Assembly: GCA_964035545.1 (NCBI GenBank)
Contig: OZ037768.1
Span: 19,451,700-19,515,699, forward strand
Direction: 5' to 3'
Length of the DNA: 64,000 nt
Source of the DNA: Bugula neritina
Taxonomy: Eukaryota > Animalia > Bryozoa
A program made the position numbers and the translations under genes. Positions 26,801-38,800 of the stretch are shown here, piece after piece. Every line of letters begins with the position of its first letter. Position 1 is the first letter of the stretch. A model generated the notes under the pieces. That model searched no databases. It was given only the letters and a program-made list of their open reading frames with translations, and was not told the DNA's origin.

Positions 26801-29800
26801 TAAACAAAGAGCAGCTGTAGCTAGCTAGACCACACAGATAAGATAATGTTCATCAGGAAACGGCCCGAATGATGTGGGAGGGCAGACAAATCCTATGTAA
26901 GGTTGGCTAACACCACAACCATGTCTATTTGAGCTCTTAGTCTTTCTGCATTGAGAAACACCATGTTGGTCAAAATTAGCGAGTATTGAGCTCTTGAATA
27001 ATGCAAAAAGTTCTGGTGGCAAAAAGACCTTTCAATGTAGACATAGGAATAGCCATGCTGTCTGGATAACTTTAGCCATCACATGACTTCCATGAAAACC
27101 ACAACTTTGACGGCATTATCAATGTTTAGCACATTTTAAAAGTAATAATGCGTTTTATAACCTGAGAAATATATTTATTAACAAAACCAGTTCATCAACA
27201 AAAGTATTGTACATTAGGTGTGAACAGATCATCTTATGGCAACAATGAAAAGTTATACTGTGTGTTGACATTCACATCACAATGTTGACTTGCATGATGC
27301 CAATAACTAAGTGAGCAGCAGATATTTACACACAGGCAATGGTATTGCATTTTTCAGCTATTCACAAATAAACTAAACCAGCAACAGATTTCTGGACGAA
27401 TAAAAGCAAGGTTCTGTGATTATTTCTGGCAATGATGACCACTCAAAATAATAGACGGTTGTAGAAGCCTACCTTTACTTTCAATGGCCTGTATGCAGCG
27501 GTCTACAAACCTGGGCACAGTGGTCAATTCTCGGTCACATATGAACTGAAGGCGAGAGCCAAACACATTCTCAACTATGTTAATAAAGGAAATAGTGTGA
27601 GCAACTCAGCAACAGTAGTGTTCGTATCAGTATAGTCTTAGCTAAGTCCTACCCACACCTAATATAATATACATCTCATATATACATGTAATGTAATGGA
27701 ATGGATTCCATGGGGACAACTCCAAATTTATACAATAGTGGGTCAATAGTGGACCCAAGTATTTAAGGTGGCTTGTATCAAGCCATGTATTCATCCAGCA
27801 GTAATAATCTTTGAATTGGCCATTGGAGAGTTTGTATATTACATATACTACATAACTAGAGGTGAAAATATAACTTTTTAAAATGGCAATTCAAATTATC
27901 TCGATTAATTTGGAGTTGTCCACCAGAATCTCGTGTGCAAAGCATAAAATACCATAAGAGAAGTGTACACGACTCCTGATAGAGTCAACATAGTTCAGTC
28001 AGCAATGCTGTCAGCTAACCTTGATAAATTCCCTGCTTCTCCAGTGACTCTTGTGTGGGTCTTCGAGATAACAACTTTTTTAGCTTCAGTTTAATGCTGA
28101 CTTTGGCAGCACCTTCACCGGCTGGACCTAGGCTACTGGGTGCTTGAAACTCGGCATTATCTTCATGTACTGTATACACAGACCTACCGCCACCATCTGC
28201 AACATGACAAGAGTAACAGGTTATAGCATGGTGTCTAGGCTGACAGGCGATGTCAGAGTAGACAGGCGATATCAGAGTAAACAGGTGGTGGCAGAGTAGA
28301 CAGGTGGTGGCAGAGTAGACAGGTGGTGGCAGAGTAGACAGGTGGTGTCAGAGTAGACAGGTGTTGTCAGGCGGTGTCAGAGTAGACAGGTGGTGCCAGA
28401 GTAGACAGGCTGTGTCAGAGTAGACAGGTGGTGGCAGAGTAGACAGGTGATGTCAGGTGGTGGCAGAGTAGACAGGTGATGACAGGTGGTGTCAGAGTGA
28501 GAGAATGTGCCAGAGTAAGGTGCCAGTGCCAATATATTAAATAAATGGTTCAGCATACAGATATTTGTCCAATTATCTCTTCAAACGCAGCTAATAGTTA
28601 TTACATGGACATATTAACAATATGTAGCTAAGCCAACTTATACTAATTGCATAGTTTAGTGCAGCGCTTCCTTTTCTACCTTGAATGTTAAAATTAGATA
28701 TATACCAATACAACATTAATTGCTAAATAACTAATTTTAAATTTCAAAATTGCCAAATAGCTAAAATGAAGATACCCCTCTGCGACATTCAAAGCTAAAG
28801 ACAAGAGAGACAACCACTACAGCAACTAAAACATTTACATAAAACTATTAAAGGCTGAAACTAACACCACAAAGCTGAAGCTTATGAGTTGGGCCATTGT
28901 ACTAAATATTTCATGCAAAAACCAAGACTGTATAAAGAGTCACCAGACATGCAGTTATAATTGGAGGTTACATCTATCGAGCGAAACCAGTTAATACGTT
29001 CAAAGAAATCCAGATATCAAAGGAGGTATAAAGGGATGAACAGCATACGAGACATGTTCTGTAGGGGTGAATGGTAAAGGGGTAGATGGTGTAGGGGTGA
29101 ATGCTGTACGAGGTAGCAGTGGAGGGGTAGACAATAGAGGGGTTTGGGGGGTGTAAGGGGTAGATAGTGTAAGGTATGGATAGTGTAATGGGTGGATGGT
29201 GGAGGGGGTATCTACTGGAGGAGGTGTAGGGGTGGATCGAGGGGGGTAGATGGTGTAAGGGATGGCGCCCAAAGCATGCAACTAAAACAAGGACTACAGA
29301 GTCAAGGCTTGAGAGTTAGAGATTAGTCTGCAACGCATGCAGGCGACATGACCATGTCAAGATAAAGCTGATGCAACACGACAGAGCAGAGCTACTGCTT
29401 TTGCTGTCTTGAGACAGGACTAGGTTACACTTACTATTTGTGTGCCTTTTCTTTAGTGATGAAGCTGTTAGGATATAAAATGTGCAGTTTCTATGTTATT
29501 AACAACAAATAACAATATTTCAAACTGCATGCACAGGTATTAATGAAAAAACTGGAGGTAGTAAATTGACACCGTATTAAACATGTACTCTGCATGCAGT
29601 TACTACACAGATGGTAGCAAAAATCTGAAGCTAAGCAGTTTAACTTGGATGTTAATTTAGTTAACCCCACACTACGTTATAACAGCAAAACTTAGTTTAA
29701 ACTTTAATTATCATGCTGCCGCAATGGTAATTGAATTTCTACTTAAACTGCTATTGCAAATGAGTGGTGAATAGACTTTATATTTATAGTAATCTTATGT

Positions 29801-32800
29801 CATATCACTACAATGTGGACTGAGTCTTTATAATTCAAAACAACTTTTAAACGTAGAAAATTTAGTTTTTTATCAAAATAGCGAACTATTGCACCAGTTT
29901 CAACAAATACCTGCAATAGACTAAATCTATTGTTTTGAGTAACAGTGAAAATTTTTAAATGTAAATACAACTAAATACTATAAATATATCATAGCACTAA
30001 TTAGGTATATATAAAACCAGAAATAATCTATAGCTAGAATTGCTTTTTATAAAAAATTATAGAAAAGATTCAATCACAAAAAATGCTAACTACTGAAGAT
30101 GACCAAGAAAGTTAAGCACCTACTAAAGCAATCAGGTTGGCAGCTAGTTTTTCTGTACAATTGATGCGAATGTATAATTCCTATATGATAACGCCTTCGT
30201 TACACAAGCATAGTGTCAACAAGTATTTACAAACTAGTTTATTTCATAAGAGCACAACTTCTATTAGACTTGTTAGTAGGCCTACTGGAATTACCTCATG
30301 CAGCAGCTACAAGAAAACTGCTAAATAGTTGCCGGGTTTAGCGTAGAAAATATTCTTACATTTTGACAGCCGCTTAGCATGCTTGAACTTGGAGGAAGCT
30401 GGTAAGGTGCTGGACTGTCCTTTCTGGTTGTTATTTCTCTCAATGTCTGGCACGGTTGTCTCTTCTAGTTCATCAGTAACAGAAGAGTTCTGGCAACAGA
30501 TGAAAACATCACATATATAAAAGAAGACAACTTCAAATGTCTGGTAAACTGAAAAAACGTCATGTTTTGATAATCATTTGTTAGTCTTTGCAGCATCGCT
30601 GAGTGCATTCATTCACATATTACAAGGCAGAGAGGGCCATCAATTGCATATAGGGTGTCAGAATTTAGACTATAGGAATCAGGTTTTATGGCACACTCAC
30701 CCACAATGTTTATATAATGCTAACACAGACCTAACACAGCACACTATACACAGAGAATAATGATATCTACACACAACACAAAGAGAAAATATAATTACAG
30801 AACTTTACTACAAGACTTAAATAATCAGATGCTACACAGCAGTAACCATGGCGATATTTCATCAACCGGTATGCAGTTTTATTTATGTCTTGATTATAAT
30901 TTACATATTTAAGCAGAAATATGATATACAAGATACCCCCTCTACCATCTGTTAGCTTGACAAGCCAAATTATACAATCACAAAATAAAAATATTGTGAG
31001 AAAAAAATACGGGACAATAGAGAAAATTTAAACAGCATTTTATCAAGGTCAGGTTTATTTAGAATCAATTAATCAATTATAAATCAATCAATTAAATATA
31101 GGCACACTTCAACTTGTCTCATTGACACTGGTTAACTGAATATTATAGACAATATTGTTGGCAATATGAGGTTATACGAGAGTAATGACTGAACCCACCA
31201 AGATGGGTGCCTAACCTACAAGATTTGGAAAGTAACTGGAAGTTAAAGCTTTTGGAGGATGGGCTTTACCATTCTACAGAACACAGGTGTTGGGAGTAAG
31301 AAATGTATGAAGTGAACACAATTCCATACTTACAAACTTTTTAATTTTTCCACTGAGCACCGTAAACCATTGACGGACAAGCATATGGTCTTCGTGTTGT
31401 AACAGATAAATATTACCATTATCTGAGGTAATCTAAAAGATGAACAGTTACTACAAGCTTGATTACATCAAGGAGAGAAAACTCCCACATAAAGTGCTAT
31501 AGAATGCATCACCTGGTATGTACATACTGTGTGGTAGAATGAACACACACACAAATCAGTGTAAGGATATGAGGCTATGCCATAAAAATTTAAGTTGGTT
31601 TGCTGAATATGTGAGCCGTGTGGGCAGAGAAGGTGGGTCAACAAGTACTTTCATGCAGTAAGAAAGAATTGTCTACGAAATAAGAACGTTATTTTGTCTA
31701 TAAGATATAGAACTTTACGTTTTATGAACATCTCCAAGTAATTTGGGTATTGAAATATATTGATTCTATGATAGTGGCTAGTTCTATTCACAATGCAACA
31801 CAAACAGACGAGACTGTAAGAGATGAAGCATGAGATGACGCAAACCCTGGACTAAAGGCTGACATCAGAGCGTATTGTATTATATAGTAGTGAATGTATT
31901 ATACATTCACCACGCATATGTATAATACAATCTGATGATGAATACATCTCAGGTTTCCAGATGAATCTTTGGCTCAAATGCAGTAGCACATGACTCAGTT
32001 CAAATAACTTCAGCTTATCTTCAGGTCTATCAAGTAATGTTTGATAAAACGGTGCATATGATTATTGATAAGCAAATATTTCATGTATGCGTAAGGTGAT
32101 TGCAGGTGAGCTTAAGGTGGGCATCACTACGGTATATAAGAACAGGTTATGCCCAGGTAAATGTGACTCACTTCTAGAACATTCTTTCTGTTGGACCTCT
32201 CTTTAGATGCCCAGTCAATTGATGATTGTCTCAAGTCTACTATAATTTCGGGTTTACCCAATTCTGCATCTTGTTTCTACAGCAAATATGTGTCCTCAAA
32301 GATGAAGTAAAATCAGTAACTGTGGCTAATATGGTGGTAACTGTTAGGTCAATTACTAGCCAATAACACTGTCAAAAGTAGGATCAGTGAAGTTGAATCA
32401 ATACTAATCTATCTCGCAGCCTCTGCTTGGTTCACACTAGCTTTGATATCACTTCCTGTCCTTGAAAGACACCACTACTGACTTGACAGCCATGACTCAG
32501 GCTGGCCATTTAGAAGCAGTAGTGGAAAAATGGAGATAGCCTAAGTTCTTTAATACTTTTATAAAATTCTGGTTTGGGATGCGGGTTGACATTATTTCAA
32601 GAACATAACTTCTTATGCTACATTTCTAATCTAAAACACAGGCTTTTCCCAATTTCTCCACAACTGCACCTACTGAATGCTAGCCTGTGCTCTACTTACC
32701 GGCATTGCAGCCTTCTCATCTTTATACATGAATAAATGGTGATCAAAGGCTACCAAAAATGATAGACACCAGCTTTTCCTACAAAAGATTATAAATCATA

Positions 32801-35800
32801 CACTAAGACTACAAATACAAAGCAAAATGGAAACTGTATTGCAGCATCATTAGATCTTTAAAGAGAATATGTCAACAAGACTGTCTAATGATTTTGCAAC
32901 ACAAGCTCAGACTGTGCTAACATACTATAGCCATTGTAGCAAATTTCAGTTATATACTGCTAGTTTTCCCCAGCTAGCACACAAATACTGTCCAATATAT
33001 TATTATCATACTCAAGAGAATTTCTCACAGCTCAAGTTCTCTCAATTTCTATATTTTCAGATTTTCGTTGGAATTATTATGTGAAACCCCAGCTTTAAGA
33101 AGTCTCTCTAATGCCACCCCCACCCCCTCCCCCCCTCGCCACTTGTGTTAGTAGCTGATCACCTTATGATCACACTAATAGACTACAAAATGCAACCCCA
33201 GCTTTAAAGTACTCAACTAAACTAACATCATGTAAATTTAGTATGTTGAAATGATGGCCTATACACAACTAGTGTATTCATCCAACTCTATTTGAGCTTT
33301 CATTCTATTCCTATTGTATATTAAATGACATGTGGGCATGTGTAGCTCATCTATTTTGCTATTATGCTGATAGCATATGCTAATATTAGGTGAATAATAG
33401 ATTTGCCATGACTTCCTGCATAATAATCATTTATAAATGAAAAATTTACAACAAAATTCAATGTGCTAATTTTGACTTGATTGTAAACAAAGCTCATTAA
33501 AGGCATTGCTCATAAACACTATTGAATTTGTTTACATATTTCATAGTGATTCATTTTATAGACACCTTTTTCCTGTGGCGTTATGCTAAATTTCCACCAA
33601 GCTTAGTATAGCTGATAGAGTAAACTGCACCATGTAAATTATATTCACTGCGTTTCCATTACTTCGCGATATGTAAATGGATGCTTGTATGGATGAATTT
33701 TTGTTTGCAACTTGCATGAACTTACGGTTGGGTTTCATTCGATGCAACTGTTTCCAAAATCCATTCACATTATGGGAAGCTTGGAAACGCAGTGATTGTC
33801 ATTTCTATTACAATTTTCATGTAAAACTACGGTAGGCATAGCCACAGCATTGTTATTGCACATCAGCCTGTTGATTACAAAGTAACATCAGCTCCTTATT
33901 CATCCAATTACATAAATGTTTCGCATGAGTGATCACGAGATGAATGAGAACTAGTGTAATACGACATAACATCAGAACTATAATAGCAGTCCGACATACT
34001 TGACTTTCTTCTTGCCCTCAATCAACTTAGCTCTGAATAAATATCCTCTCTTCTGAGTGTCGAATGCACTGGCAGACTGAGCTGCGTTCCTCAATGTGTA
34101 TCCACCCTGAACAGTAAAAATCACACAACTTAGAACACACCATTAAAATCAACCGGAATTTTTCTAAAAGCAGCTCCTAGTTGGGGTTTAGGTTGGAACT
34201 TTGAACCCCCAACTCCAAACTTGAGAACCCCAACTACTGCACTCAGACACTCCCAATTCGGAGATGCTCATAGAAAAATTCGATCCTTCATGCCAACTTT
34301 AGAGCTATAGGGTAAATGACTGTACTTTTATAGTACATTTGCATTTTTATCTAATAATACTAACCATATCGCATATTTTAAGAAAAAAAATTTAGCCAGT
34401 TAATTTTCAAATCAAAAATCACCATGAGCAACACAGTGAGCAAAGCTAAAAGTGGCCATGTTATTGGGATCAGACAAGAATCAGAGCCTCAAAGACTAAT
34501 TAGAAGAGAATATGAGTTGTCAGCCCATGCAATGTAAGGTACGGCATAACTCATAACACAATGATGTCTCTAGTAATTCCTAGTGCAAGTTTATATTCGC
34601 CAGCCTGGATAACATATATTGTTCTAGCCTCCACCACTTACACACCACACACAGCTCCTAGCCATACCAAGTGGTGCAAGACCAACAGAGAGAGGGTGCA
34701 TTAGTCATAGTATACTGTACATATACTTAATGAAAGTAATTATAAGAATGGGGGTATCTACAGCAGGGATTTCCTAATGAACTTTAATGTCAGTTTGACA
34801 TTCAAATGTCTAAATTACATCCACTGATGTTTACTGAGATCATTTGAATACCATGCCAAGCCAATACCACAGAGTTAGATATGTGAAATTGTTGGTAAAG
34901 TGACCAGTGATTCATCTAAAATCTAGTACATGGTGTCTATAAGTATGGTGCTTGTAAGCATAGTTCATATAAGCATGGTGCCTGTAAGTATAGTGTCTAT
35001 AAGCATAGCATGGTGTGTGTAAGCATTAAACAGCAAATAAGAAGCAGTGTTAGTGGCAGGGGAGGGGAGGCACATGAAAACGTATCACCAATGAACAAGC
35101 ACAAAACACGTACGGCCTGGTCCTCATTTGTACTGGACATGCTGGAAAACGTTGCAGGAAGTGTTAAAGCTTTATTAGCAATAATATTATTTCTAGAACG
35201 TGCGTTCAGATTATCTACACTGGCCCTTCGAGGGTGTGGCTCCTCTTTACTAGAAAGGGCAGTTCTACTAGAGCGAGGACCATGTGGCCAGTCTGTGTTA
35301 GTATTGGTGAGTAGTGAGGGGTCCCCTTCACTTATCTACAGTGTTTACAAACATAAAATACATACACAACTAATAAGTGGACATACAACTAAAATATAGA
35401 TATACAACTAACACATAGATGTACATCTAATATTTAAATATATAACTAACATATAAATATACATACAACTAATATAAAAGCAAATATTAATTGATAGCTG
35501 AAAAGGTGCGACCAACATCTAACTGAAACAGAAAGCTGAAGAAATAATGTAGACGTGGAACAGGACAAGCAAGTGATGACGGACAGACAGACAGATACTA
35601 TGAACGTACACTACGTCGAGTGTAGATGCACTAGCCAGGTCTGTATATATCACAAACAGGCACACACCATACTGGTAACAACAAACATAGGATATTATGA
35701 TGGGTGATGAATCCACTCCCTAAACTACTAGTAGCAAATAGTCTATGTAACTCAATACTACTCTTCTTTCATCCTACTAAGTATCAGCTATACATGTCCA

Positions 35801-38800
35801 CACCTAAGGCCACAGTATGCATTTCAGGGCAACTGATTATTCCAAATTAGAATCCCTGTTATTTACTCTAGAGTTGTAGATAAGAATCTTAGTGTTTAGA
35901 ATTAGTCACATGGCTGTTGGGTGGACTACAGGATTTCCAACTAGTCTGAGCTCCATAGCGCTGCAGCTAGTGAAGGGGTGTGCATTGGCCACCAGCTCTA
36001 GTGTGTCACCAACTGCTGGGAACTAAAGCTAAGAACAAACCTCTGGAAGTTCCCACAGTGACTCCTGGCTGTTCTCTTTATAATAATATTCTTTTCCGGA
36101 TTCATCTACTGCCATGTGCCACTACCAATCAAATCAAAACAGTAGACAACATATTATAATATTATATAGTATACTGTACATACTGCATAGTATATTGTAC
36201 ATACTGCATAGTATACTGTACATACTGTATAGTATACTGTACATACTGTATAGTATACTGTACATACTGCATAGTATATTGTACATACTGCATAGTATAT
36301 TGTACATACAGCATAGTATACTGTACATACTGTATAGTATACTGTACATACAGCATAGTATATTGTACATACTGTATAGTATATTGTACATACTGCATAG
36401 TATACTGTACATACTGCATAGTATACTGTACATACTGCATAGTATACTGTACATACAGCATAGTATACTGTACATACAGCATAGTATACTGTACATACTG
36501 CATAGTATACTGTACATACAGCATAGTATACTGTACATACAGCATAGTATACTGTACATACTGCATAGTATACTGTACATACTGCATAGTATATTGTACA
36601 TACTGCATAGTATATTGTACATACTGCATAGTATATGGTACATACTGCATAGTATATTGTACATACTGCATAGTATATTGTACATACTGCATAGTATATG
36701 GTACATATAGCATAGTATACTGTACATATAGCATAGTATACTGTACATACAGTATATTATATTGTACATACTGTATATTATACTGTACATACTGCATAGT
36801 ATATTGCGCAAGTTATTTGTGTGTTAGCATTCCAGGAGTAAAGCAAAGCCAAGTTATGTGAGATATACCCTATATATTGCATGGTGTACCACCAGTATGC
36901 GTCATTCTATCCAAACAGAACTGCATGTTGCAAGATTCCAGCCAAAATCCCAAAAATGATGCCAGCCTAATTAGTTGTATATATTTTATTGTAATGATAG
37001 ATAGACACACCTTTTCCCCAGTAGCATTGTGAACATAAACCTTGTCTCCATCTTCTGATACCGTCTCGGTCCAACCCTTCCTGAAACTGGAGACTCTGGA
37101 GAGTCTTTTGGACAGAGGAGATGGGGTGGCGTGCTAAAGAGAGGTTCAGAATATACAGTATAATAGAGTAGATATAGCATAGAATATAGAGTATAATAGA
37201 GTAGATATAGCGTAGAATATAGAGTATAATAGAGTAGATGTAGCGTAGAATATAGAGGATAATAGAGTGAATATGGTGTAGAAGATAGAATACACAGCAT
37301 ATTACAGTGTGAAGTGCATGTACGGTATATTGTATACGAAGTATACACTATACAGAGTATACACTATACAGAGTATACACTATATACTGCATACTGTATA
37401 CGCTATACAAAGCATAATTGTCAACAAGTAACAGGTAGTTGTCAGTTGCCAACATTCCTGTCAACTTCCTATCACAGTAATTGTGTGTTTATAACAAATT
37501 GCTATATTCAAGTTTAATTTCACAGTCAAGGTGGAATAGCAGGTGAATCTCTGAGTTATCTATGTGAAAATAGTAGAATAGCACTTAGTATAACACTGTT
37601 GAGTTGCCATAAAATGTAAACTAGTGTATTCCTATCATATAAAGTGGCTAGTTCTTCATATTGAGAGAAAACTAAATCTGTATTCATACACATAATGTAT
37701 GGTGGTTTAAAGGGAGAGGCACTTCTTTATACATATCTTAAGCTTATCACCGATAACAATCATGAGACTAAGAAAGCCTCTAGCCTGGTAGTTCTTTAGC
37801 AGGTAAAATGTGTAGGTGGGCAAAGAATATTATCTATTATTATATCACACAATGACTATCTTTTCATATCCTAAGTACAATTGTACACAGAATCCAATAT
37901 ATACTTATACAGAGTGCACAGGGCTTTTCATCGTGAAAATTATTTTGGAAAATAAAATCTATGCTGAACCATAGCAGTGAATGTGACTGATTTTATAACT
38001 TCCAGTGACTGTTGACTCTATGGCTGAAGAAAGACATTGCTGAAATGGGTGATCATCAACTGACTGTGGTATCATCTCTCTAATGTGAATTAGTTGATTA
38101 ACTAACAGAAGGGAAATGACTTAGTTGAAGGGCAGGTCATTAAAAACAGGTAATTGTATTTAAACATTAGTGCTGAAGATTAGTAAAACTGATATATATT
38201 GTGTATAATAGGAGCTGAATTATGTAGTCACAATCAGGACTTAAGTATACCAAGACATGTTTTAATAACCGATCAGCATACATGCATGTATTTTATAATA
38301 GCACCTGCTAGAGGTAGCTGGCGTCATGTTACCTGCCCACCTGCAGCCAAAACCCCGAGAGCCACTTTTTTTCTACTTTTAGAAGATAGTTTATATTTTA
38401 GATACAGGGGTCATCAGAGGTCAAGTCCTTATAGTATACATGTGTACCATAAAGTATGTTAGTTGAAAGGATTGGACTTACAATACTTACATTCAAAGCA
38501 TTCAGTTGGTTCTTTCTTTTAATCCCTGGGGAATCCCAGGTGGTCTCCTTGGTAACTGGGTTGAAGTAATACATGTTCCCTGAATCGGAGTCTTTCAGTT
38601 TCTGCCAGTTGTTTTCTGCAACCAAACATATTGATCAACCTAAGGGAGGTTAACCTACCAGCCTGTGGGAATAGTTACCACAAAGTGATACATTATACTC
38701 AATAAAAGACTATTTGACCATCTCCACTATTTGTATAATACTATATATTTGCTATATTCTACTTTATATTCCTATGGCCTATACAATCTGCTATAGACTA

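Noticed and set aside
36114-36811. ~200-aa repetitive ORFs (also 24301-24809, 48299-48627, 40152-40391, 59769-59975)
   Set aside because: Intronic mini/microsatellite artefacts.
38333-38372. Possible additional RhoGAP microexon ending CAG|GTAAC
   Set aside because: No nearby acceptor gives a frame-preserving length (8, 32, 40 or 43 nt).
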